Below, in pieces: positions 53,132 to 64,000 of a stretch of DNA of 64,000 nucleotides (the stretch's first letter is position 1; each line of letters opens with the position of its first letter). The stretch comes from Eledone cirrhosa (taxonomy: Eukaryota). The notes beneath the pieces are model-generated. The model searched no databases, was not told where the DNA came from, and saw only the letters and a list, made by a program, of their open reading frames with translations. Location: positions 1 through 64,000 of the forward strand of contig CAXHJY010000177.1 of assembly GCA_964016885.1 (NCBI GenBank), in the 5' to 3' direction. The translations under genes were made by a program, and so were the position numbers.

Positions 53132-53250
53132 ATATGAAAAAATTTGGAACCCTGCCGGCTGAGCTGCTGTTTTAACAGCTCGATCTGTATTTGGATCTAG
53201 CTGTTGAAACAGCAGGAGCTCAGCCATCAGGGTCCCAAATTTTTTCGTAT
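53132..53250. repeat. ~119-bp foldback hairpin (palindromic MITE-like)
   Basis: Arms ATATGAAAAAATTTGGAACCCTGCCGGCTGAGCTGCTGTTTTAACAGCTCGATC and its near reverse complement around a short loop. Confidence 0.85.
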
Positions 53251-53329
53251 ATAATATAAAATAATAAATATAAATCCATCTAACCCATGCTAGCGTGGAA
53301 AAGGGATTTTAAATGATGATATATATATA

Positions 53330-53493
53330 CAGTGAAATTCCATTATAACGAAATTCACGGGGTATAAAAAAAATTTGTAATGAAAAATTCTTTATAACAA
53401 GATCGACCTAGCATAGGGCTGGGGATTGAAAATAATTTTGTTATACTGAAAAATTTTGTTATAATAGTATTCATTATAACAGAATTTTACCTG
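53330..53493. mobile_element. Tigger/pogo-like MITE in TA repeat
   Basis: TA|CAGTGAAATTCCATTATAACGAA ... TTCATTATAACAGAATTTTACCTG|TA; inverted relative at 63585-63718. Confidence 0.75.
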
Positions 53494-53599
53494 TATATAT
53501 ATATGTGTGCATGGCCTGAAGCATACATCTTGTACACACTACTTTCTACCTCCCACACTCCCATGTCCTAAAGCTCCAACCATGCCTGAGACATGACCA

Positions 53600-56350
53600 T
53601 TACTGCCTGCTTCAAGTTAAATGAAGAAGACAAAAATGCAAGCAAATACATATATCCAGAAAACTGTTTCAATGAAACCAAGAAAAAATGAAGAAGGAAT
53701 AACATCATTAGTAAATGATCAGAATAGTCAGCTCCAGAGTTGAATTTTTCACGTGCCAGACAAAGAGTTTTGAAGAACTACAAACAGTGGAAGGAGAAAC
53801 ATTCCCAACCTTCAAAAAGTCCTGCTTGTGACTGGGTCTTATTGAAACCGATTACTATTTAAGCCAAACTCTGCAGGAAGCTGCTACCCACCACATGCTA
53901 ACAACTTCATATGATGTTTGCTGCTCTTTGTTGTTTACTCTGTGCCAGCCAATGCACTGCAATTATGGAACACACAAGGAGTAAATGATTGAGGTCTATT
54001 TGCATCAAGTGATGGATGGTCAGCAAGCTGAAAATATGGCATTTAGTTACATTAATGCAATATTGATTGAAAATGGTACCAAACTGCACAAACTATTGAG
54101 ATGCTTCAACCTGATCGCCAAATTGACGTCAATATTGATTCTCTTAGTCAAGAGCAACAAATGATTGTTGGTACTGTAATTGATGCCAATCAACAGAGGA
54201 GAAACGGTGAAAGGCCTGCATGGAGGGTTTGACAAAACAAACCTGTTCAATACACTGATTTTTCACCTCCAGATGAATAACTATCAGGTGAGCTTGGACC
54301 GGCATAGCGTCTACACTGCTGCTTGGAGGTAGAACTGTGCATAATTTATTCAAACTACCTGTTCTGCTAACAGAGACCAGTGTGTGTAATGTGTCTGGCT
54401 TGTGTGACCATGCCAATTACTTATGGAACCTGAATGAGGCTTTTATGATTCCTTCCTATGCAATTCATGCCTTTAAGACATCACTGGTGTCAATGAAGTG
54501 TTTGGAGGAAAGGTTTTGCTTTTGTAATGTGACTTCAGGCAACTGCTGCCAATATTACCAAGGAGTACTTGTGAAGCCACATTAGAAACATGCCTTAAAA
54601 ACTCATCTCTGGCACTTCTTTTAACATTTTAGATTAAGCAATAATATCACAGTAAGAGATCAGAGAGAGTCTGTGAAGTGGCCATTACATCTTGGCAATG
54701 AAACAACCCCTCCAGTTGAAGTGCCTCCATTATCATGTGTAAATGACTCTTTAGTGAAACATTTTCAGCAATACAATGCAACAAGAGAAGAAAATGCAAA
54801 CGATTTTATCTCCCAAGAATGCTGATTGTAAACCTCTTCATTGATTAATAGGCAGAGTACTGATTGTAGGCTCATCAGTGAGCACTCTGAGGTGGACAGA
54901 TATTCTGAATTCCGGGATGCCACCTCACAAACTTCAATTAAAAGTAGGATCAATAATAATGCTTCTATGGAATATTTCAATCTAGAACAAATTATGCAAT
55001 GTCACAAGATTAGAAGTAGTAGGATTGTATCAACATTTTATTGAAGCTTCTCATATCAATGGTCCTTTGATGGGCAGGTGTGTTTTAGCCCACAGAGATC
55101 CCAACATCCCATTTACTGTCATATGCTATGACAATCAACAAGAGCCAGGGTCAAACATATGATAAAGTGAGTCTGTTCCTTCTTGAGCCAGTATTTAACC
55201 ATGGGCAATTGCATGTCGCTTTTTCAAGAGTACACAGACAGTCAGTTGTAAAAATTGAAGTATTGAACACTGATAAGCAAGAGAGGCGAGGTAATAAAAC
55301 TGTGACAAAGAACATCGTCTGCAAACAGATTTTAAGATAAGAACAAGTTGCAATGGAATTGAAACTAGTCATGTAAATAAAAAGATTGTGTGTATTTTCT
55401 ATATCATTTTGTGTACATTAATTTTATATAATGTAAAGTAATTATGATAAAATATTGCATAATGAGGAATATGCAATTATATACTGGAGGCACATGGCTT
55501 AGTGGTTAGAGCATTGGCCTTGCAATCGAAAGGTTGTGAGTTCAATTCTCAGACCGGGTGATGTGTTGTTTCCTTGAGCAAGACATTTTATTTCACATTG
55601 CTCCAGTTTACTCAGCTGTAGAAATGAGATGATAGGACTGGGGTCCCTATCATTCCACTGCAAAGTGGTCGTAAGGTGCCATGGAAAAAAAGCACCCAGC
55701 ACTCACTGTAAAATGAGGTTGGTGTTAGGAAGGGCATTCAACTGTAGAAATCAAGCCAGAATCAGTTTCCATCCTACTCTTGCAAGCAGGGAAAAGCGGA
55801 CGTAAAATGATGATGATGATACTGATCTTGTTTCAATAGAATTAAATACTAACAAATGTATTAAGTATTGTATAGATTGTTATTTATTTTTCTCTCTGAT
55901 CTGTTTGTCTAATCTGTTTGATTCTCATGCAAACATCATACCAACAGAAATATATATTTTTCTGTTGCATGAGCTGACTATTTTACGTGTTACTTTTTAA
56001 TTAAATCGTGTGGACCTCAGTCAGTTTAAGAGCTGATGGTGTATACAAATGTTTGTGTGATCTTCTCTCGTCCATTTTCTTCCTATCACTTCTGCAGGCC
56101 AACACACCTCTAGCCACTGACGGCATTTTACTGTTTTAACAGTTTTCTTGCGCTGAGTTGTTCTCATTCTACGAATTCTAATACACTTGCGCTTCAAACT
56201 CGATATTCGAAATAACTTTGTATATTTTCGTATCATTTATTGCACAGGCAACAATAAGATTTATATGCAATAGAAATGCAAATCATCCTTTCTTTCTTAA
56301 ATAGCCCCTCTTAATTTTTTCGTCCGTAAAATTTTCTCGGGTCTTGCTAG
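53600..56350 (+). mobile_element. Decayed Helitron (PIF1-type helicase remnants)
   Basis: AWTGIASTLLLGGRTVHNLFKLP (~54292-54360), DFRQLLPI (~54531), [35 protein letters not shown]...KNIVCKQIL* (55128-55340); candidate 3' end CCGTAAAATTTTCTCGG hairpin + CTAG|T at 56347-56350. 5' limit uncertain. Confidence 0.78.
55485..55820 (+). mobile_element. tRNA/CORE-like SINE with RTE 3' tail (sister of 29598-29935)
   Basis: TGGAGGCACATGGCTTAGTGGTTAGAGC...GAGTTCAATTC...GGTGTTAGGAAGGGCAT...GGACGTAAAATGATGATG. Confidence 0.88.
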
Positions 56351-56364
56351 TATATATATAGAGA

Positions 56365-56625
56365 ATAGTGGTCATGACAAAAAAGAAAGTGCCCAGCCCA
56401 CACTATAAAGTGATCTTGTAGGTATCATGTCAAAAAGTACCCAGCACACACTGTAAATGTGGTTGGTGTTAAAAAGGGCATCCAGCGATAGAAGCCAAGC
56501 CCAAACCAGTTCTGTACGAACAAGACATGGTCATCAGACCTTGCTTGTCTCACTATGAGACAACTCATCAAACCGAGGCTAGCATTGAAAAATGGATGTT
56601 AAACGGTGATGATGTTGATGATGAT
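56365..56625 (+). mobile_element. RTE 3'-UTR remnant in TA context
   Basis: CCCAGCCCACACTATAAAG...AAGGGCATCCAGC...GTTAAACGGTGATGATG then (TA)n. Confidence 0.7.
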
Positions 56626-57257
56626 ATATATATATATATATGTGTGTGTATTTCGGTTGGAAACTATTTGGATAAGGTTGTAATAGAGTCAGCAACTACA
56701 AAAAAAATGATTATTGAATATATATCTTTATTGAAAATATCTAAATTAGATACATGATGATGTCTGATGACCAATTATAGCTGTATTGAACTTGGAAAAA
56801 AGCATGGTTGTTTTTTTGATATATTGATATTTTCAACATATCCAATCTGTGCCAAAATAGACGGCTCAATTCAATTCAGAATAGACGACTCAATTTGATT
56901 CAATAAACTGTTCAATTATGTCATTAGCTTGTTTGCAAAGATGAGATCATTTTTAGTCTTCTATTGGTTTCAGTCATGGAGTTAATCTTATTGACCCCCA
57001 GGACTTATTTTATCGATCTTGTATTGTCGAACCACTAGTTGCTGTGTGAGTTTTCTGAAAGAAGCAAGAAAGAGAGAAATAAATAACAGAACTATTTTGT
57101 GTACAAATACACACATTTGTTTGTGTCTGTGTGTATATATATATATGTATATATACATATATTTCTTCATTGTACTGCGTTGTTTGCCTTGTTCCCGATT
57201 ACCTTTTGCATATGGTGTATGTGTGTATAAATAAAATAAATAAATAAATATATATAT

Positions 57258-57295
<38 letters not shown>

Positions 57296-57299
<4 letters not shown>

Positions 57300-57499
57300 C
57301 TGTAATGTGGCCGTGTAGGCAACACGGTAAAAACCTCCCAGACCCACACTGTAAATGTGGTTGGTGTTAGGAAGGGCATCCAACTGTAGAAAACCTGCCA
57401 GACAGTCCTATGCGAGCAAGACAATCACACTTGCCTCAAGTGGGACTACCCCCGTCCAAACCCATGCAAGCGTGGAACACGGACGTTAAACGTTGATGA

Positions 57500-57503
<4 letters not shown>
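57296..57503 (+). mobile_element. Young, severely 5'-truncated RTE family B copy in (TA)n
   Basis: Almost identical to 8803-9010, with tail CGTTGATGATGAT; pure (TA)n on both sides. Confidence 0.9.
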
Positions 57504-57534
<31 letters not shown>

Positions 57535-57764
57535 CAACACCAGTTTTTAAACAAATGCAAACAGAAACACATATGGGCTTCTGCACACTTTCTGTCTACA
57601 AATTTCCACACAACTGTATCCTTGCCAATCCGCTATCTCCTTTTTCTATATTTACTTGGGTAGGATGGATCTGAAAATTTATTCAATTGTCTTCTAACTT
57701 ATCGGTCTTCTACAAAAATTTTAGGAGTAGCACCCGTTTAGATCCTCCCAATATATGGTTATAT

Positions 57765-58673
57765 TAACTCTTAACGTCCTGTACCACATGACACCACATT
57801 AACAAGACATTCTTGAAAAGTACAAAACAACATTATGACTGCATCACATTAAAAATTGTGAGGGGTGGAAAGAGACCTCAAAAGGTGAAATGGCTGATGT
57901 AGCAGATATTGCTGGCTGTCATCCCCAGTAATGCTTTCACCATCTTATCTGCAGGGGGCAGCTGAGATGTACCACTTTAGCCAAGGCTGTAGTATTTGCC
58001 CCCTCCCTCCTATTCAAAATATAATTTTCCTTACCCTTTGTTTTCTTTTTCTCTTGTTTTAAATACATACACACATTATATATATATATTGGCAGTATCG
58101 ATAGAGGGCCGGACGCCATGCTTTGACGTATAGAGTTACGGCCCTTGCCATTCTGAGTTCAAATCCCACCGAGGTTAACTTTGCCTTTCATCCTTACGGC
58201 GTCGATAAAAAAAAGTAGCAGTAATGCACTGGGTAATTGCTGGCCTTGTGCCAAACGTAGAAACAATTATATATATATACTTTCATTATTATTTTGGATT
58301 GGCAGTATCGGTAGAGGGTCGGACGTCATGCTTTGACGCATAGAGTTACGGCCCTTTCTATTCTGAGTTCAAATCCCGCCGAGGTTAACTTTGCCTTTCA
58401 TCCTTACGGCGTCGATAAAATAAAGTACAAGTAATGCACTGGGTAATTGCTGGCCTTGTGCCAAAAGTAGAAAGAATTATTTTTTATTACAGAAAATTTA
58501 CAGTAAATATCCAAAAAATAATGTAAGCATTTGAATTAATAAACCCATTTTTAGATATTTCCTGCAAATATTTACAATGATTGTCCACTATTAAAAGATA
58601 GTATAAACATTTTAATTAACAAAGCCATGTTTAAATATTTTCTGTTAAATCTTTGCAGGGTGTTAAGAGTTAA
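57765..58673. mobile_element. TTAA MITE family 1 with two nested Meta-like SINEs (58089-58270, 58297-58482)
   Basis: TTAACTCTTAACGTCC left end and GTGTTAAGAGTTAA right end; tandem SINEs in between. Confidence 0.72.
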
Positions 58674-59707
58674 TATAACTGTTCTTAATAGACTTGTTAT
58701 ATCGCTTCTATAATTTCAAGGGAAATAATTTTACTAAAGCAAAAATTTCTCAAAAGCTTTCAAGGGAGACAACTTTACCAGACATATTTATGAATACTTT
58801 CCACTTATTTCCCCTTTAAAAACTTTAAAACCAGAAACGTTGAAGATTGGTTGTTTTAGTGTCCACCAATGTGTAACAATGGTTTCCAATTTAGGCATAA
58901 GGCTAGCAATTTGGGAAAGAGAAAAGTTGATTAACTTGCCCTCAGTACTTTATTTTATGAAGGATGAAAGACAAAGTTGACCTTGGCATTAATGGCCATA
59001 ATAACTAATTGCCACATAGCAATTTATTCAATGCTCCAACAATTCTACCTGATGCTACAACCTAAAGCAGCTTAGCGCAGAGAGCTGGAATAAATATCAC
59101 AAAGAATTCTACCTGATGTTCTACTTCTAAGATTACCTTACGAAAAGCTTTTTTTTTATAACTTATAAACAATTTCAGAAGAATTAGTCGTCACTCTTTA
59201 TTACATGGAATACAAGAAATATGTCTTCAGCCTTTTTTCAACAATTACATCATCATTTGCCCAGAACTCCTTATGGATTCATAGGGACAATAAGACACAT
59301 ACACACCTGATTTATACACAGTTTCAACTATTGTTTACAGTAAAATGACGCTTGCTCAAAATACTGTGGAGTGGAGATTGAGCCCTCACTACATGATATC
59401 TGTAAATTACATATGAAATAAATAATAAATGTTATAAATGACTGATAAGTTTCAAAAAACCTGTACAATGTGGTAGAAATATATAAAGGGAAAAGGATGA
59501 TACATAAAACAAAACATTTGAAAAGTGGGTAACAGCCCTGAAATATGTTGAAATATACTGGGTAAAACATTACTTTGTTTTGTTTTATGTCATCCTTTGC
59601 TCTTTATATATTTCTACCATATTGTACCAGCTTTCTGAAACTTATCAGTCATTTAATACATATCTCACAAACCTTTGTATAAACTATACTAATAAATGTT
59701 GCTTACT

Positions 59708-59850
59708 TTATTTCTGACGTTTTCGTTTCTTCAGTGATGAATCTATGACATTCAGGGTCAATCTGTTGATGGCATTTTCTTTGGATTTCCGTGATTTACT
59801 TTTCAACAATAGAGTACAAAGTTGGGGACAGTTGTCATTGCTTGGCTTAC
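59708..59850 (-). CDS. Q-rich unknown gene, last coding exon
   Basis: Polypyrimidine-cag acceptor; in phase with the large exon; GKPSNDNCPQLCTLLLKSKSRKSKENAINRLTLNVIDSSLKKRKRQK*. Confidence 0.65.
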
Positions 59851-60297
59851 CTGAACAGAAGGAAAAGGTTAGAAATAATGTTGAGAAAGTATTGTATTGG
59901 AGGTAAGCATATCATGGGCAGATTATTACATTTAGTAAAATGTGTTTTATGATCAAGAAAAACAGATGAAGGTGATGAAATGAAAGATAGAAAATAAACT
60001 GACATGAGGCAATTAGACAGCAAAAGTAAGGGAAGCAAGAGAGAAAGTGAGAGAGAGAAGGGAGTGAATGACTATTACAGAGAAAGACAAACAAACTGAA
60101 GAATAGATGTGAGACAATGGATTAGATGTAAGACAGAATGGATGAAAGTGAGACAGAATGAAAGAAAAGGAAAATAGAAAATGGAATAAATGAAAATCAA
60201 AAGGGGGAAAAAAAAAAAAGGTAGAAAAATGTCAGAAATAATGAAAAAATAAAAAATAAATAAAACAAAAAAAAAACAAACAGTTAAAATGACTTAC

Positions 60298-62004
60298 CTT
60301 TCAGTAAATCGTTATGTACATAATCTAGTGTTCCAGCAGGTGTGGTGGAAATGTAGGAGTTCGTGACAGAACGAGGGATTGGCTGTTTGTTGGATTGGCT
60401 CTTAGTTAACTTTGTAGGGTATTTAAAGGAGATCTTGTTAGAGATAGTAGGAGAATGAATTCCATTGGTTTGGATAGCTACTGTTTTTATATTACTGTCG
60501 TCTTCATCAATTGTTAGTTTAGCTGGTATGGTTTTATGACTGAGCCTTGAGGTCTGGCTCTGTGCTGTGTATGTAGTACTGCGATGAAGAAGTGATGGTG
60601 ATGGTGACAATGATGATGACGACGGTGATGATGATGATAATGATGATGATGACAACGACGGTGATGGTGGCACAACCTTCAGAGGAGTCACTTTCTTATT
60701 CTGAGTATACATCTGTGGAAATGACAGCAATGGGGCTGTGCCACCATCACAAGACTTTTGTTGATAATATTGATCAGTAATGGTAATAACCTGAGCATCT
60801 TTGCTCTTTCCCGTGGTTGACTTCACTGCAACGACACTACTGGAGTTTGACAGCTGTGTCCCTGATTTTGATGGCATTTGGGATTGTTGTTGTTGTCTAG
60901 TTGGCAAAAGCTGTTTCTTTTGATATTGGTGTTGCTGCTGTTGATATGATTGTGCTTGGTGCTGCTGTTGTTGGTATTGCTGCTGCTGTTGTTGGTATTG
61001 CTGCTGCTGTTGTTGGTATTGCTGCTGCTGTTGTTGGTATTGCTGCTGCTTCTGCTGCTCATATTCTGTTGATTTCTGCCTTTGCTCCAACTGTCCATAT
61101 AAATCTTGTTGTTGTTGCAGCTGTTTTAATTGCATTTGTCGTTGCAAAGCTTTATATACAACTTGGTACACCCGGTGTTGTTTCTGCTGCAGTTCATACA
61201 TTTTCTGATCACTCTGCTGACCTTGTTGTTGTTGCAGTTGTTGCAGCTGGGATTTTAGTTCATTTTGATATTGCTGCAATGTATATAATACTTCTTGCAC
61301 ATGTTGTTGTTGCTGTTGCAGTTGCTGTAAATGCTGTTGTGGTTGTTGCAATTGATTTGGATGATATTGCTGCAGTTGTTGCTGTTGATTTGGAAGGTAC
61401 TGCTGCAGTTGCTGCTGTTGCAGTTGATAGGAATGGTACTGCTGCAGTTGCTGCTGTTGTGGTTGTTGCAGTTGATAGGGATGGTACTGCTGCTCTTGAG
61501 AGAGTTGTTGTTGCTGCTGCTGTTGCAGAGGCTGATATTGTGGTTGCAAATATGATTGGTATTGTTGCAGCTGTTGCTGTTGTGATTGTTGTTGGTGCTG
61601 AAGTTGTGATTGCGATTGCTGCTGCAATTGCTGTAGAGTACAGCCAATCCCAACATTCTCTTTCCTTTCCCCTTTTCCATTATAATCCAATGCTCCTGCT
61701 GCTGAGGAGGAGGATACTGTTGCTGCTGATGGTGAAGCTCTCTTGGAAACTGTTGTAATAGATTCATTTTTCAAGTCAGCCTCCTTTTGGTCCATAGTTG
61801 CTGGCAAATTGATCACTGGAACATCCCTTTTGCTTTCTTGGTATTTAACTCCCAGGTTTGATTTAGTGGTAGCTGAGTTACTGGCTGGTCGGAGATAGAT
61901 GTCCATAGAATGTTTGCATATTGTAGTTTTGCATCTCAACTCATGTGCTAAAATTACCTGGGTTAGTTCAGCTGGTTGTGAATAGATCAAAGACTTTACA
62001 AGAC
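60298..62004 (-). CDS. Q-rich unknown gene, 1707-bp internal exon
   Basis: attcag| acceptor and AAG|GTAAGT donor, both phase 1; open frame with polyQ/QQY repeats and S/P-rich tract. Confidence 0.78.
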
Positions 62005-62044
62005 CTGAATAATAGGAATATTAACATAACATAAATAATAATAA

Positions 62045-62318
62045 TAATAATTGTTTCTATATTTGGCACAAGGCCAGCAATTTAAAGGGAGGGGAAAGTC
62101 GATTAAACTAACCCCAGTGTATTACTGGTACTTTATTTTATCAACCACGTAAAGATGATGGGTAAAGCTAACTTTGGTGGGATTTGAACAAAAATAATAA
62201 CAGCACAATAACAATAATAATTGTTTCTACTTTAGGTACAAGGCCAGCAATTATCCAGTTCATTACTGGTACTTTATTTTATCGACCCCGTAAGGATGAA
62301 AGGCAAAGTAAACCTCGA
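62045..62318 (-). mobile_element. Two truncated Meta-like SINEs
   Basis: Same tail and core as the other copies. Confidence 0.7.
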
Positions 62319-62656
62319 ATAATAATCAGCCAAAATGGGATTCCTCCAAATAGTCTTTGGAGTGACTATACTCGATAACGTGTATTTCAGAGACTAGGGA
62401 GTTTCTCCAGATAGAGCCACTACTTCTCCACATCAAGATATCACAGTTCCAGTACACAAGTGGGCAGAATATTTAAAGAAAGAATCACTGGACAGAGGTT
62501 ACGGGCAAAGCCAACTGACAGAAGGCCCAGAAGTAAACCACAAGCAGGATGGTTGGATAACATCCATAAGCTTGGCTGGGGACTGTCGGATTGTTTAGCA
62601 ATTTTTACTTGTGATAGACCTCTCTTGAAAGCCTGTCTGAGGGTTCTGTCCTCACA

Positions 62657-62853
62657 AAGAAGAAGAAGAAGAAGGTGAAGAAGAAGAAGGTGAAGAAGAA
62701 GAAGGTGAAGAAGAAGGTGAAGAAGAAGAAGGTGAAGAAGAAGAAAAAGGTGAAGAAGAAGAAAAAGGTGAAGAAGAAAAAGAAGAAAAAGAAGAAAAAG
62801 AAGAAAAAGAAAAAGAAGAAAAAGAAGAAGACCACCACCACCAACAACAACAA
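62657..62853. repeat. (GAA)n/GGT purine-rich microsatellite followed by (CCA)/(CAA)
   Basis: Direct reading; lies in an intron of the Q-rich gene. Confidence 0.9.
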
Positions 62854-62895
62854 CCAAATATCAACTAAGTATATTTAATAGGATTTAAAACTTAC

Positions 62896-63172
62896 GTTTT
62901 TGAAAGGTTGGATGCAAGTCTGGTATTGTTGTGTAATCATATTCCATTCCTAAAACCATATTAAGCATCACGTTCTCATAGATTTTAAAATTACTTTTAA
63001 TTATCTCCCTTGCATTTTGTACTACTTCACATTGGTGCTCTTGGACACCATTCCATTGCCGCTGAGTTTCTAGTTGAGCTTGCTTTAGTTTCATCTCCTT
63101 GTGTGTTTCCATTATCGGCTGCCGAGGTTGTGGTTCAGCTTTCTTTAGTTTCATATTTTTGCGTGTTTCCAT
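62896..63172 (-). CDS. Q-rich unknown gene, first coding exon
   Basis: ATG at 63172 with in-frame TAA upstream; donor AAC|GTAAGT, phase 1, joins the 62004 acceptor; METRKNMKLKK...LHPTFQKR. Confidence 0.65.
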
Positions 63173-63584
63173 TGCTAGCTGTTGTAGTTAAGCTTGGGAT
63201 TGCTATAGTTTCGTATTTTCACGGGGCCCGATTGTATATTATTAAAACTTATAGAATAAAGCAATCTGCTATAAAATAAGGAGGAAGGTAAAAAAAAATT
63301 TGTTAATAATATATCCGCGTGAAATCATGAGGTTCTGATGCTAGAGTTCAACCTTACTTTCTCCACTGTTATCCCATTCATAATTCTCTCAATATATATG
63401 CTCAATCATTCTCATCCCCCATTTTCTCCCTTTCATTCTCTCCCTTTTTTCCGTTCATAAGAGGTTTTGTTTAAACCTGACTATCTGATATGATCATCGT
63501 AGCAGCTGGCTGTTTTACAGCTATTTCCACGCTTGAGATTCCTACAATTTTACGAAATTAATCAATCACACACACACATCTATA

Positions 63585-63718
63585 CAGGTAAAATTCTGTT
63601 AAATTATAACGAATTTTTTTTCAATCCCAGATTTGTTCCGTTCGATCTCGTTATAAAGGATTTTTCGTTACAAAGAATTTTTTACACCTTGTGAATTTCG
63701 TTATAACGGAATTTCATT
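63585..63718. mobile_element. Tigger-like MITE (relative of 53330-53493)
   Basis: TA|CAGGTAAAATTCTGTTA ... TTCGTTATAACGGAATTTCA. Confidence 0.7.
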
Positions 63719-63730
63719 ATATATATGTGT

Positions 63731-63922
63731 GGCGGTGGATTGGTAGTATCGGTAGAGGGTCGGACGCCATGTTTTGCAACATAGAGTTACAGCCCTTGCC
63801 ATTCTGAGTTCAAATCCCGCCGAGGTTAACTTTGCCTTTCATCCTTACGGGGTCGATAATATAAAGTACCAGTAATGCACTGGATAATTTCTGGCCTTGT
63901 GCGAAAAAGTAGAAACAATTAT
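63731..63922 (+). mobile_element. Meta-like tRNA SINE, near full length
   Basis: GGCGGTGGATTGGTAGTATCGGTAGAG...GAGTTCAAATCCCGCC...GCCTTTCATCCTTACGGGGTCGAT...AAAGTAGAAACAATT. Confidence 0.82.
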
Positions 63923-64000
63923 ATCTATGTGTGTGTGTGTTGAATGATTGATTGATTGATTCTCTCTCCTTATCCGAACTTTCCCGAAGAAGGACTTCTG

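Noticed and set aside
55485-55560. Possible tRNA gene (A and B boxes, TGC in the anticodon-like loop)
   Set aside because: No paired acceptor stem and it continues into a SINE body; it is a SINE head, as are the other A/B-box hits.
60823-61767. Alternative-frame ORFs (V/A-rich 285 aa, N/S/C-rich 170 aa)
   Set aside because: By-products of CAG/CAA repeats in the Q-rich exon.
62441-62878. PolyK, polyF, polyL and polyS ORFs
   Set aside because: Intronic (GAA)n microsatellite.

Overview
AT-rich, repeat-dense animal genomic DNA. The SINE/LINE content (tRNA-Arg/CORE-type and Meta-type SINEs, RTE LINEs ending in (TGA)n, long (TA)n tracts) suggests an octopus or other coleoid cephalopod; this is an inference. 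Two spliced genes converge. (1) A + strand SH3PXD2/Tks-type scaffold (PX domain + 4 SH3), of which 8 exons were traced in frame from 14969 to 50545; its first exons appear to lie upstream of the window. (2) A - strand, ~708-aa Q-rich gene with no recognisable domain (63172-59708). Bases 1-12.6 kb are an interrupted (TA)n satellite holding an intact 1039-aa RTE LINE (APE + RT with an inserted PHD-type finger, ~54-bp TSD), a second RTE disabled by one nonsense change, and an RTE 3'-UTR fragment. Most notable: repeated RTE insertion into (TA)n; a SINE sharing the RTE tail; a TTAA MITE enclosing a tailless 1.6-kb RTE fragment; minisatellites grown from TE-internal sequence; a triplicated splice donor; a hammerhead-like motif attached to two SINE copies; a perfect 54-bp palindrome; and a decayed Helitron. 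All calls were made by eye, without database searches.
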